55,125 bases of DNA from Porphyromonadaceae bacterium (lineage in GTDB: Bacteria > Bacteroidota > Bacteroidia > Bacteroidales > UBA11471). The stretch lies in the NCBI GenBank assembly GCA_021199145.1, contig JAJQIP010000021.1:1-55125 (forward strand), written 5' to 3'. How positions within the stretch are numbered: position 1 is the stretch's first letter; every line of letters starts with the position of its first letter. This document shows positions 27,741 to 36,259 of this stretch, one piece after another. A program made the position numbers and the translations under genes. Below the pieces are notes generated by a model. That model was not told the DNA's origin. It searched no databases and worked only from the letters and a program-made list of their open reading frames with translations.

Positions 27741-28407
27741 GGGCGCACAACGTTTCGGCCACCATCAAATCGTAAGGAGTAGTGATTTTCAAGTTCCGGG
27801 TCTCCCCTTCAATCAGCGTTACGGGATATCCGACCGCCTCGACCACCGAAGCATCGTCGGTAAACTCCTCCCGATACGGCTGTCGGTAAGCCGCCCGTAA
27901 AATATCCGCCACAAAAATCTGGGGGGTCTGCACGCTCCGATAGTCGGCTCTGCGTACGGCCACACCGCTTCCTCCATCGGTGACACAGCGCAGCGACTCC
28001 ACTACCGGCATCACGGGAATCGCCGCCCCACTCCGTGCGGCCTCGGTAAAGGCTCTCTCTATCAACTGATGAGAGACAAGGGGGCGCACCCCGTCGTGTA
28101 CGGCAATAAGACGTACCTCCGCCGAGATTTCTTGTAGGGCATTATAGACCGAATCAAAACGGGTAGCACCTCCGGAAATCAACCTGTGAGGCACGATAAA
28201 AGACTGTTGCTCGCACAACTTCTTCCAATAGGGGATATAGGCTTGGGGCAACGCCAGCACAAACTCCATCTCCTCCTCATAGTGGTAAAAGGCCAACATA
28301 GTACGCATCAAGAGCGGTATTCCCCCGATGGGGAGGAATTGTTTGGGAAACGACCTGCCCATCCGCTGGCCGATTCCGCCCGCCACCACAATCACACCTT
28401 TTTTCAT
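27733..28407 (-). CDS. ispD: 2-C-methyl-D-erythritol 4-phosphate cytidylyltransferase
   Basis: VIVVAGGIGQRMG...PKQFL and VHDGVRP motifs; 224 aa. Overlaps the recG start by 8 nt. Confidence 0.92.
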   Translation of the reverse strand: MKKGVIVVAGGIGQRMGRSFPKQFLPIGGIPLLMRTMLAFYHYEEEMEFVLALPQAYIPYWKKLCEQQSFIVPHRLISGGATRFDSVYNALQEISAEVRLIAVHDGVRPLVSHQLIERAFTEAARSGAAIPVMPVVESLRCVTDGGSGVAVRRADYRSVQTPQIFVADILRAAYRQPYREEFTDDASVVEAVGYPVTLIEGETRNLKITTPYDLMVAETLCAHE

Positions 28408-28426
28408 AGCGACAAATTATCCTAAA

Positions 28427-28434
28427 CAAATATA
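28427..28434 (-). promoter_or_regulatory. -7 box TATATTTG for ispD-recG
   Basis: The + strand reads CAAATATA, 20 nt upstream of the ispD ATG at 28407. Confidence 0.5.
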
Positions 28435-28566
28435 CAAAAAAAATCAAAAAACTCCAAACCCCGCTCCCTGCCCCTTAGCCTGTTAAGAATTTACATCTTT
28501 GGTTGAAAGAGGTAGTAAAGATAAATTTATAAATTTATTAAGACCTTAGTAATATCCTGTTTCCTA

Positions 28567-28726
28567 TTGAAAATACTCTTTCTGGCAAGTCTGCTCTTTG
28601 GGGCACAATTCGACCTTTGGGCCTATGACTTTGCAGCGAATGGTATCTACTGCAGCATACCCTCACCTCCCACCGGCACTTATATATTCGACAATTCCTT
28701 AAATGCGGCAGGTCAGTTTGTGAAAA
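28567..28726 (+). pseudogene. remnant of the 5' end of a BspA-like LRR surface-protein gene
   Basis: The TTG-initiated ORF begins MKILFLASLLFGAQFDLWAYDFAANGIY. That parallels MKKMLFFVSLLLCSPLNLWAYDFEVDGIYY of the intact gene at 30692. Similarity is lost after about 30 aa, and the frame then runs into the 3' end of the opposite-strand nuclease gene. Confidence 0.6.
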
Positions 28727-30571
28727 TTATTTGCCCGGGAATTCATATACCTTCATCAACTCATCTACCAGAGCAGTGGTGCGAGCCTTGATGTTCTCCA
28801 CAGTCCACATATTTTTGTCGGCTATCTCACTATTGATTTCAAGACCGTTCTTATAACCGATATAGCGTCCGTCTTTGCTCTTGCGGTCACGTTTCTCCTC
28901 GAACGACTTGTTGCCCAGCGTACTGTTATAGCCTGTAATGGTGAGGTTGCCTATCTTGTGTGTATATTCTTCAAGGTATTTGCGAGCCAAATCTTTATTA
29001 CCGCCGGCTATCATATTCACCCAACATGGAGGGATGTTCTCCCCTTCCGGGAAGATATGCTCAATCGTCCAGACAAATTTTTTGTCGGAACGTTCCCATA
29101 GGTCGGTCCAGGTCTCCTGAGTCATGGCCGATTCCGCAAGCTTACAAAGGATATAACGTGTCGCACTCGCATTATCTTTATAGACATCTCCCTCCAAACT
29201 ACGACGGAACTGCTCATCGGAAGCGCAATTGGCAGGAAGACTCAACACGTCAACTATCAGTGTCGTCACGTCATTACCGGTAGGCCTTGAATCTTCAATC
29301 CTACTGATGATATCCATGAAGATGCGTGTCAGGTCACGTGTACTCGGATAGTCCGTGACATTCCTGCGGACAAAATATCTGGTAAGCAAACGGATGTGTT
29401 CGTTAATCTGCCCTTCAGTGATTCCAAGATTATTCTTGTTTCTCATCAGATACATAAGAAGCAGGTAAGAGGGTGCGCCTTGTATATGATCAAGGTCTTC
29501 CAGTGCCTTGCGATAAGTTGTTTCTGTTGAGTCTTGAAGAATAAGCCAAGAATAAATCTGCCCGCAAGTCAGTATATCCTCAAGAAACGCAGAGAGATCT
29601 TTCTTGATAAGACTCTCGAATATATTAAGTAAATTCGAACGGGTAGCCATAGCTCCAAGAGGGTCTTTTTTCCGATTATTGTCAGTCTGGAAAGGCACAT
29701 TCAGACGGTGCTTGAAGGCGTTGTAATACTGACGGAAGAAACGTTCCTGGACGTTATAATCATCGGAAAGGTACCCCAAGAGCGTCTGCCAACAGTTGAA
29801 ACAATCATCACCGGTCTTATTGTTGCTGTTGCTTTCTGCACGCTCCATAATAAGATTCTTCATCAAGTCTATCGCTGTCAAAGGAGTGCCTCGGTTGTTC
29901 AGTGACTCAAAGAGCATATAAGCATCGGAGTGCGTGGAGACCTCTATCTTGACCAGCATGGCCTGCTTCACCTTGTCATACAGATCCAACATGAATTTGA
30001 CAGCACTTTTGCCATTCACTTTCTTCGCTTCTTCATCTATATCTGTATCTATACGATTCAGAAAATAGGTGTAGCATCGGGCTATCTTTCTCATGGGGTA
30101 ATAAGGATGCTTAGGAGCAGGAGCCTTTCGTAGACCCGCCTCATTCATCAGACAGTCAAAATCATCCCTGTTGTGATTTTGCACCTGCGGTACCAGCTTC
30201 ATTTCGTTGGGAGAGTCATCACTCTTCAGTGCCTTTTTAAGTAATGGTAGCTCATCCTCATCCTCTTCGCTCAAATCAGCTTTATGCTCCTTCAACCGAG
30301 TATATATTGCCGCCAGGAACAGACTGAGGGTAATCAACCGTTGCTGCCCGTCTATCACTTCCAGAGAAGGTTTGATGGCGTCACCTAAAGGAATACATAT
30401 GATAGAGCCTATGAAATATCCGGCATTGTTCTCACTGATATCATCGTAAAGCGCCTCCCACTCATGATAACTCCACGTGTATTCACGCTGATATTTGGGA
30501 ATGACATAGTAGAAGTTTCCGTTCGATGAGAGGATTTCATAAAGATGGTACTTATTAACACTCTGTATCAT
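28727..30571 (-). CDS. DUF262 + DUF1524 protein (GmrSD/BrxU/SspE-type modification-dependent type IV restriction nuclease family)
   Basis: N-terminal IPKYQREYTW and DGQQRL (ParB-like NTPase, DUF262). C-terminal EHIFPEG and IGNLTITGYNSTLGNKSFEEK (His-Me finger, DUF1524). 614 aa, and more AT-rich by eye than the flanks. Confidence 0.85.
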   Translation of the reverse strand: MIQSVNKYHLYEILSSNGNFYYVIPKYQREYTWSYHEWEALYDDISENNAGYFIGSIICIPLGDAIKPSLEVIDGQQRLITLSLFLAAIYTRLKEHKADLSEEDEDELPLLKKALKSDDSPNEMKLVPQVQNHNRDDFDCLMNEAGLRKAPAPKHPYYPMRKIARCYTYFLNRIDTDIDEEAKKVNGKSAVKFMLDLYDKVKQAMLVKIEVSTHSDAYMLFESLNNRGTPLTAIDLMKNLIMERAESNSNNKTGDDCFNCWQTLLGYLSDDYNVQERFFRQYYNAFKHRLNVPFQTDNNRKKDPLGAMATRSNLLNIFESLIKKDLSAFLEDILTCGQIYSWLILQDSTETTYRKALEDLDHIQGAPSYLLLMYLMRNKNNLGITEGQINEHIRLLTRYFVRRNVTDYPSTRDLTRIFMDIISRIEDSRPTGNDVTTLIVDVLSLPANCASDEQFRRSLEGDVYKDNASATRYILCKLAESAMTQETWTDLWERSDKKFVWTIEHIFPEGENIPPCWVNMIAGGNKDLARKYLEEYTHKIGNLTITGYNSTLGNKSFEEKRDRKSKDGRYIGYKNGLEINSEIADKNMWTVENIKARTTALVDELMKVYEFPGK

Positions 30572-30624
30572 ATTTTTTTGTGTTGGTTTTATCTTATATT
30601 TTGAAATATCTATTATGTTGTATA

Positions 30625-30632
30625 CAAATATA
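30625..30632 (-). promoter_or_regulatory. -7 box TATATTTG for the DUF262/DUF1524 gene
   Basis: The + strand reads CAAATATA, 54 nt upstream of the ATG at 30571. It lies within the palindrome-containing AT-rich divergent region. Confidence 0.4.
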
Positions 30633-30645
30633 ATAATTTTATTAG

Positions 30646-30661
30646 TATATTTGTATATTTG
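30646..30661 (+). promoter_or_regulatory. two tandem -7 boxes TATATTTG TATATTTG for the LRR gene
   Basis: Direct duplication GTATATTTGTATATTTG, 31-39 nt upstream of the ATG at 30692. Confidence 0.5.
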
Positions 30662-30691
30662 AAGCTAAAAATTAATTTTAATCCTATTTTT

Positions 30692-32479
30692 ATGAAAAAA
30701 ATGCTCTTTTTTGTAAGCCTGCTCCTCTGTTCACCACTCAATCTTTGGGCTTACGATTTTGAAGTAGATGGTATCTATTACAACATCTCAGGGTCAGAAG
30801 CTACCGTGACCTACAAAACCTCCTCTTACGATTCCTATTCAGAAAGTGTCATCGTTCCCGAAACGGTCACCTACAATTCAGTGACATATCCTGTCACCTC
30901 CATCGGAGACTGGGCATTTCAGTATTGCACGGGACTCACCCAAATAACTATCCCCGAAAGCGTCACCTCTATCGGCAGTGGTGCGTTTTACGATTGCTGG
31001 AAACTGACCTCGATAACCATCCCTGAAGGTGTAACCTCCATCGGCGGTTCTGCGTTTTACGGTTGCACGGGACTGACGGAAATCACCTCCAAGAATCCGA
31101 CTCCACCGACTATAAACAGCTATACATTTTATGGTGTGGATAAAATCAACTGTATCCTCATTGTCCCAACGGGATGTGAAAAAATGTATGCCTTAGCCGA
31201 TTATTGGAATGAATTCTACTCCGCCAATAAAGTGAACGATATCTATTATATCTTTTCAGGGTCGGAAGCTTTCGTGACCTACAAAACCACCGACTACAAC
31301 TCCTATTCAGGAAGCATCATCGTTCCCGAAACGGTCACTTACAACGGAGCGGTTTATCGTGTCACCGGAATCGGGAACTCCGCCTTTCGAGATTGTACGG
31401 AATTGATGGATGTAACACTGCCCAACAGTATAATCTCTATCGGAAATTATGCATTTGACGGATGTAACAGTTTGACGGACATCACCATTCCTGATAATGT
31501 CACTGAAATCGGTGACTATGCATTTTCCGGTTGCACAGGCTTGATGGAAATCACCTCCCAAGCCACAACTCCACCGACTATATACAGCCATACATTTGAA
31601 GGCGTGGACAAAACTGAATGTACCCCCAATGTTCCGACGGGATGTGGGGAAATCTATGCCCAGGCCGATTATTGGAGTGAATTCTATTCCGCCGGGAAAG
31701 TGGATGGCATCTATTATCTCTTTTCAGAATCAGAAGCTTCCGTGACCTACAAAACCATCGACTACAACTCCTATTCAGGAAGCATCATCGTTCCCGAAAC
31801 GGTTACCTACGGCGAAAATATTTATCGTGTCACCGGAATCGGGAGCTCCGCCTTTCGAAATTGCACGGGATTGACCGATGTAACACTGCCCAACAGTATA
31901 ACCTCTATCGGGATATATGCATTTTACAACTGCAGTAATTTGACAGAAATCACAATTCCCGACAATGTCACTTCCATCGGCAGTTCTGCTTTTTACAAGT
32001 GTTCTGGATTGACTGAAGTAACCCTTGGCAGCAATGTCACATCCCTTGGAGTGCTTGTATTTTACAACTGCACAGGCTTGACAGAAATCACCTCCAAGAC
32101 CTCGACACCACCGACTATATACAGCAATACGTTTAGTGGTGTGGATAAAACTTCTTGTATTCTCAATGTTCCAACGGGCTGCAAGAGTCTCTACGCCCAA
32201 GCCACCTATTGGAAAGATTTCTACACCATCAACGAAGTGGACTTTACAGAGGAATCAACCGGCATCAGAGAGATTTCCATGAATGCAGAGACGGTTATCA
32301 GCTTTGAAGCGGGAGCTATTGTGGTTCAAGGCGAGAATCTGCCGGTATCGGTCTATGACCTGACCGGACGGTTGCTCCGCCAAGAGACGGTTCAACAGGA
32401 GAAGCGGATTGACCTCCCCGCCGGTTGCTATATCGTCAAGGCCGGCAACACCACACAAAAATTTCTGTTGGGGAATTGA
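30692..32479 (+). CDS. BspA-type leucine-rich-repeat (LRR_5) surface protein with T9SS C-terminal sorting domain
   Basis: Signal peptide MKKMLFFVSLLLCSPLNLWA, repeated xxIGxxAFxxCxxLTxITIPxSVTSIG units, and a C-terminus VYDLTGRLL...GCYIVKAGNTTQKFLL typical of type A T9SS CTDs. I prefer the start at 30692 over the listed TTG at 30659. Confidence 0.88.
   Translation: MKKMLFFVSLLLCSPLNLWAYDFEVDGIYYNISGSEATVTYKTSSYDSYSESVIVPETVTYNSVTYPVTSIGDWAFQYCTGLTQITIPESVTSIGSGAFYDCWKLTSITIPEGVTSIGGSAFYGCTGLTEITSKNPTPPTINSYTFYGVDKINCILIVPTGCEKMYALADYWNEFYSANKVNDIYYIFSGSEAFVTYKTTDYNSYSGSIIVPETVTYNGAVYRVTGIGNSAFRDCTELMDVTLPNSIISIGNYAFDGCNSLTDITIPDNVTEIGDYAFSGCTGLMEITSQATTPPTIYSHTFEGVDKTECTPNVPTGCGEIYAQADYWSEFYSAGKVDGIYYLFSESEASVTYKTIDYNSYSGSIIVPETVTYGENIYRVTGIGSSAFRNCTGLTDVTLPNSITSIGIYAFYNCSNLTEITIPDNVTSIGSSAFYKCSGLTEVTLGSNVTSLGVLVFYNCTGLTEITSKTSTPPTIYSNTFSGVDKTSCILNVPTGCKSLYAQATYWKDFYTINEVDFTEESTGIREISMNAETVISFEAGAIVVQGENLPVSVYDLTGRLLRQETVQQEKRIDLPAGCYIVKAGNTTQKFLLGN
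30767..32239 (+). repeat. three tandem intragenic modules (468, 468 and 537 bp) of the LRR gene
   Basis: Modules start at DGIYYNISGSEA (30767), NDIYYIFSGSEA (31235) and DGIYYLFSESEA (31703). Near-identical DNA runs occur, e.g. CTCCTATTCAGGAAGCATCATCGTTCCCGAAACGGT in modules 2 and 3. Module 3 has one extra 23-aa LRR unit. Confidence 0.9.
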
Positions 32480-32500
32480 TTCCCTTTCAATCTATAGGGA

Positions 32501-32536
32501 GAAAGGGGCTGGATAATTTCATATCCGGCCCCTTTC
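32501..32536 (+). terminator. terminator hairpin after the LRR gene
   Basis: 15-bp stem GAAAGGGGCTGGATA/TATCCGGCCCCTTTC (one G.U) with a 6-nt loop; the downstream T tract is weak. Confidence 0.6.
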
Positions 32537-32616
32537 CTTGTTAACACAATAATATAATAATTTGAATCTAAATTTGTATACCGTTGTAAAAATTTGTTTT
32601 TTTTTACAATAAAGGC

Positions 32617-32624
32617 TACTTTTG
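32617..32624 (+). promoter_or_regulatory. -7 box TACTTTTG with -33 TTTG at 32593-32596
   Basis: Exact TAnnTTTG match 18 nt upstream of the ATG at 32642. There is a 20-nt spacer to the TTTG, and the spacer contains a T9 run. Confidence 0.55.
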
Positions 32625-32641
32625 CAGCAAAAGAACGGGGT

Positions 32642-33067
32642 ATGAAAAAGCGGAAATCCCTATTTCTTATCTGGATGCTGGCCCATCTTATCGTATGGGT
32701 CCACGCCACCATCCCCCACCATCACCACAGCCGGCTTTTTGTTGCGGTCGTCCACTCCTTCGGCTCCGAATTTCTCACCCTACTTGACCATACCCACGAG
32801 GAACGGGCATCGGAAGCGGGTTATACCGAAGGGATAGATTATGTCGGGCAAGCGGTGGAGACCTCTTCGCTCCTGCAGATTGAAAGAGGCGGCACCCTGA
32901 TACTCACCCCGAATGACTTTCTGTGCCACGCTGAGCTGGCGGAAATCTCCGAATCGGAAAAAACTCTCTTGCCCCTCTGTTCTTTTGTTCCTAAGCCCTA
33001 TATTGTCGGTCCGCCCCCGCTGACAGGAGTCTGGACGACCATCGGACGTTCCCCGCCTCTCTGCTGA
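32642..33067 (+). CDS. hypothetical His-rich membrane-anchored protein
   Basis: Start set at MKKRKSLFLIWMLAHLIVWVHATIPHHHHS (one N-terminal TM helix ending in a His cluster). No family recognised. Lies upstream of a P1B ATPase. Coding status is not certain. Confidence 0.5.
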   Translation: MKKRKSLFLIWMLAHLIVWVHATIPHHHHSRLFVAVVHSFGSEFLTLLDHTHEERASEAGYTEGIDYVGQAVETSSLLQIERGGTLILTPNDFLCHAELAEISESEKTLLPLCSFVPKPYIVGPPPLTGVWTTIGRSPPLC

Positions 33068-33224
33068 TTTTTCGATTCCTCTTCCTCCTGGAAGAGAACA
33101 AAAACTCAGTAAAAATCCATCGTATAAGATGCCGGAAAAGCCTCTCTCCACTGAGAGAAGGCCATGCACTTGGGATTGACCCCTCAGAGGGAGGTGCCTC
33201 CGTTGTACCTCTTGCATCCAAACG

Positions 33225-35108
33225 ATGACAAAAAACAGAAATATGGAACGTTTTATACAATTTTTGGAAGGCCTTAAAATGACCATTATAGGGGGAGTAG
33301 CCCTTGCCGTCAGCCTGGTTTTACTGCTCAACGACATCCAAGTCACTATTGACCCCGCCTGGATTACCGTCCTGATTTCAGGTATTCCCCTGCTCTACCT
33401 CGCCCTCACTCGGCTAATTTTCCAACGGGCCATTACTTCGGCTCTCCTCATTTCCATCGCCATGATAGCCTGTATCTACATCGGCCAACTCTTTGCCGCC
33501 GGAGAGGTCGCCTTTATCATGGCTATCGGTGATTTGCTGGAACAATACACCGTAAGACGGGCCAAAAGGGGAGTCAGCCAACTGATAAGCCTGGCCCCGG
33601 AACAGGGTCGCCGCATCACTCGAAAAGAGGGGGTGGAACAGGAGGAGGTTGTTCCCATCGCCGAGATAAGGAAAGACGACATTGTACGGGTACTCCCCGG
33701 GGAACGGATTACCGTAGACGGGGAAATCGTGTACGGGAACAGTTCGGTTGACCAATCTATCCTGACGGGGGAGTCGCTGCCGATTGACAAGAGTGTAGGA
33801 GACCCCGTCTTCTGCGGGACCATGAACGGATACGGTTCCGTGGATATCCGGGCCACGAAGGTGGGACGGGATTCGTCGTTACAGCGGATGATTGACCTGG
33901 TGAAAGAGGCCGAAAACAAAAAAGCCCCTACACAACGCATCGTAGACAAATGGGCGGCCTGGCTTGTCCCCATCGCCCTGCTTATCGCCCTGGCCACCTA
34001 TTTCTTCACCGGAAATCTGACTCGGGGGGTAACCATCATGGTGGTCTTCTGCCCTTGCGCCCTGGCTTTGGCGACTCCTGTCTCCATTGTGGCGGGCATC
34101 GGACAAGCCACGAAATTCGGTATTCTGATAAAGTCGGGAGAGGCTTTGGAAGAGATGGGGAAGGTTGACTGTATCACGTTCGACAAGACCGGAACACTCA
34201 CCGAGGGACTTTTAGCGGTCTGCGACCTGCGGAGCTTCCTTCCCGAAATGACTCCAGAGGAGATTCTCCGGATAACGGCAGTGGCGGAAGCCCGTTCGGA
34301 ACATCCCATAGGTAAAGCGATTGTCAAACAATTCCTGACCCAAGGGGAAGCTCTTCCTGCCGGAGAGAATTTTCGGGTATTCCCCGGCAAAGGGGTCTGC
34401 GTCGACTGGGAAGGGAAAAGCGTACTCTGCGGCAAAAGTGATTTCCTGAGAGAGAACGGCGTTGCCCTCTCTCCCAAGATAGAGGAGGCCTTAGAGACCT
34501 TGCGCCAAGAGGGGAAAGCGGCGGTCCTGACCAGCCTTGACGGACAGTGTGCCGGACTGATTGCCCTCTCTGATGTCATCCGTCCCGCCGCCTCGAAGAT
34601 GGCGGCCGAACTGAAACAGATGCAGGTGGAGGTGGTGGTGCTGACCGGGGATAACCGCCAAGCCGCCCGTCACTTCGCCGAACAGGTGGGGATTGAGAAC
34701 ATCGAGGCGGAACTGTTGCCTGCAGAAAAGGTGGATGCCATCACAAAACGGCAAAAAGCGGGGAAGAGGGTCTGCATGATTGGAGACGGAGTGAACGACG
34801 CTCCCGCCCTGAAGACCGCCCACGTAGGCGTGGCTATGGGGAGTATGGGAAGCGACATCGCTATCGACTCGGCCGACATCGCCCTGATGGGGGACGACAT
34901 CTCCAAGATTCCCTATCTCAAACGGCTCTCCAAGGCGGTCATCCACTCCATCAAGGTGAACATCTCCCTCTCGATGGCCATCAACGCTGTGGCTATCACC
35001 CTCTCGATTTTGGGTCTGCTCAACCCAATGACGGGAGCCTTGGTACACAACGCCGGTTCGGTCTTAGTGGTCCTCAACGCCGCCTTGCTGTACGACAGGA
35101 AAATATGA
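33225..35108 (+). CDS. heavy-metal translocating P1B-type ATPase (second copy), no N-terminal HMA domain
   Basis: Motifs CPCALALATP, DKTGTLT, TGD, GDGVNDAP. The TM8 region reads HNAGSVLVVLNA. 627 aa; the start could instead be 33243. Confidence 0.9.
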   Translation: MTKNRNMERFIQFLEGLKMTIIGGVALAVSLVLLLNDIQVTIDPAWITVLISGIPLLYLALTRLIFQRAITSALLISIAMIACIYIGQLFAAGEVAFIMAIGDLLEQYTVRRAKRGVSQLISLAPEQGRRITRKEGVEQEEVVPIAEIRKDDIVRVLPGERITVDGEIVYGNSSVDQSILTGESLPIDKSVGDPVFCGTMNGYGSVDIRATKVGRDSSLQRMIDLVKEAENKKAPTQRIVDKWAAWLVPIALLIALATYFFTGNLTRGVTIMVVFCPCALALATPVSIVAGIGQATKFGILIKSGEALEEMGKVDCITFDKTGTLTEGLLAVCDLRSFLPEMTPEEILRITAVAEARSEHPIGKAIVKQFLTQGEALPAGENFRVFPGKGVCVDWEGKSVLCGKSDFLRENGVALSPKIEEALETLRQEGKAAVLTSLDGQCAGLIALSDVIRPAASKMAAELKQMQVEVVVLTGDNRQAARHFAEQVGIENIEAELLPAEKVDAITKRQKAGKRVCMIGDGVNDAPALKTAHVGVAMGSMGSDIAIDSADIALMGDDISKIPYLKRLSKAVIHSIKVNISLSMAINAVAITLSILGLLNPMTGALVHNAGSVLVVLNAALLYDRKI

Positions 35109-35126
35109 GGACAAGACAAGAAGAAA

Positions 35127-35160
35127 CGTTTTGCGGGGGAAAATTTTCCTCCGCAAAACG
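35127..35160 (+). terminator. terminator-like hairpin after the second ATPase
   Basis: 13-bp stem CGTTTTGCGGGGG/CCTCCGCAAAACG (one G.U) around the loop AAAATTTT. No U tract follows. Confidence 0.45.
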
Positions 35161-35217
35161 GACAATTTCTCCGGCCAAATCACTACCTTGCGGACTCCTT
35201 CTACCGGACTTTGGAAA

Positions 35218-36132
35218 ATGAAATCCTCCCTATTTCGAACCGGAATATTTTCCTTTTTTCTTCTGTGTACCTTTTTCTCTTTGAAGGCACAGGAAGCGGA
35301 TTCCCTCCTCCAACGGCACATAACCCTGCAACAACAGAACCTCAGTCTCAACAAGGAATTACCGCTGATACTGAGCATCGACGACTCCGCCACCTATAGC
35401 CAACGGCTCAAACAGGAATATGGCATCGCACCGGCGGGGGAACTCTATGGGGATGTGTGGGTGAACCGCTGGGTGAATCCCTATCGCCAAGCCGGCATTG
35501 TGTTACCGGACTCTTTTGCCATCCACGTGGGCAATTACTGTATGCCCATCATCGGGAAAAAGACCTCCGACTACGGATTCCGCCACTACCGCATGCATCG
35601 GGGGGTTGATTTGAGACTGGCCATCGGAGATACCGTGCGCACAGCCTTTGCCGGACAGGTACGCTTCACCAACTACGAACGGCGGGGATACGGCTACTAT
35701 ATCGTCATCCGCCATGCCAACGGATTGGAGACCGTCTACGGACACCTCTCCCGTTTCCTGGTGAAAGAGGGGGATATCGTGAAAGTGGGCGAACCCATTG
35801 CCTTAGGGGGGAATACCGGCCGCTCCACCGGGTCGCACCTTCACTTCGAGATACGGTTTTTAGGGTTGGATCTCAACCCCAACGAACTGTTCGACTTTCA
35901 AAACAACACCATCCGCAACGAAGTGTTCATGTTCCGCTCGGCTCCCTATCGGAAAGGGACGGAAACTTACTATGCCAACGGGGTCACCTATTCGGTCTAC
36001 CGAGTGAAGAAGGGGGATACCCTCTCGGGTATTGCCCGCAAATACCGCACCTCGGTGAATACCTTGTGCCGGCTGAACAAAATAAGCCCCAAACGGACCT
36101 TGAAAATCGGGCAGCCTATCCGCATTGACTGA
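35218..36132 (+). CDS. M23-family metallopeptidase with C-terminal LysM domain
   Basis: Signal peptide MKSSLFRTGIFSFFLLCTFFSLKA, HRGVDL and GSHLHFE zinc motifs, and LysM YRVKKGDTLSGIARKY...LCRLNKI. Confidence 0.88.
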   Translation: MKSSLFRTGIFSFFLLCTFFSLKAQEADSLLQRHITLQQQNLSLNKELPLILSIDDSATYSQRLKQEYGIAPAGELYGDVWVNRWVNPYRQAGIVLPDSFAIHVGNYCMPIIGKKTSDYGFRHYRMHRGVDLRLAIGDTVRTAFAGQVRFTNYERRGYGYYIVIRHANGLETVYGHLSRFLVKEGDIVKVGEPIALGGNTGRSTGSHLHFEIRFLGLDLNPNELFDFQNNTIRNEVFMFRSAPYRKGTETYYANGVTYSVYRVKKGDTLSGIARKYRTSVNTLCRLNKISPKRTLKIGQPIRID

Positions 36133-36259
36133 GCCGTCGGCCGAAACGTTTTCTCCCGACTCTTAAAATAACCAAAAAATATGTAATTTTTTCACGCTTT
36201 AGCGAAAGATTTTGTTAGGATTATCCCTACCTTTATAGCAAATTTTAATTCATAACATT

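Noticed and set aside
25836-27782. A 648-aa ORF antisense to recG. Similar long antisense ORFs lie opposite nadB (15983-16972), metK (20159-21178), the YifB/ComM-like ATPase gene (24063-24977), hppA (36245-37075; 37811-38515), purC (44057-44989), phoH (45138-45845), the ROK gene (46516-47247) and fbp (52581-53375).
   Set aside because: Each lies fully inside a confidently identified gene on the other strand. Their translations are Arg/Gly/Pro/His-rich with no motifs. No -7 box precedes them. Long stop-free antisense frames are an expected by-product of GC-rich third-position codon bias.
30767-32239. Regularly spaced repeats that might suggest a CRISPR array or a non-coding satellite.
   Set aside because: The period is 468 bp. 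The repeats are in-frame, diverged at synonymous and non-synonymous sites, and translate into LRR modules. There are no short repeat-spacer units and no cas genes.
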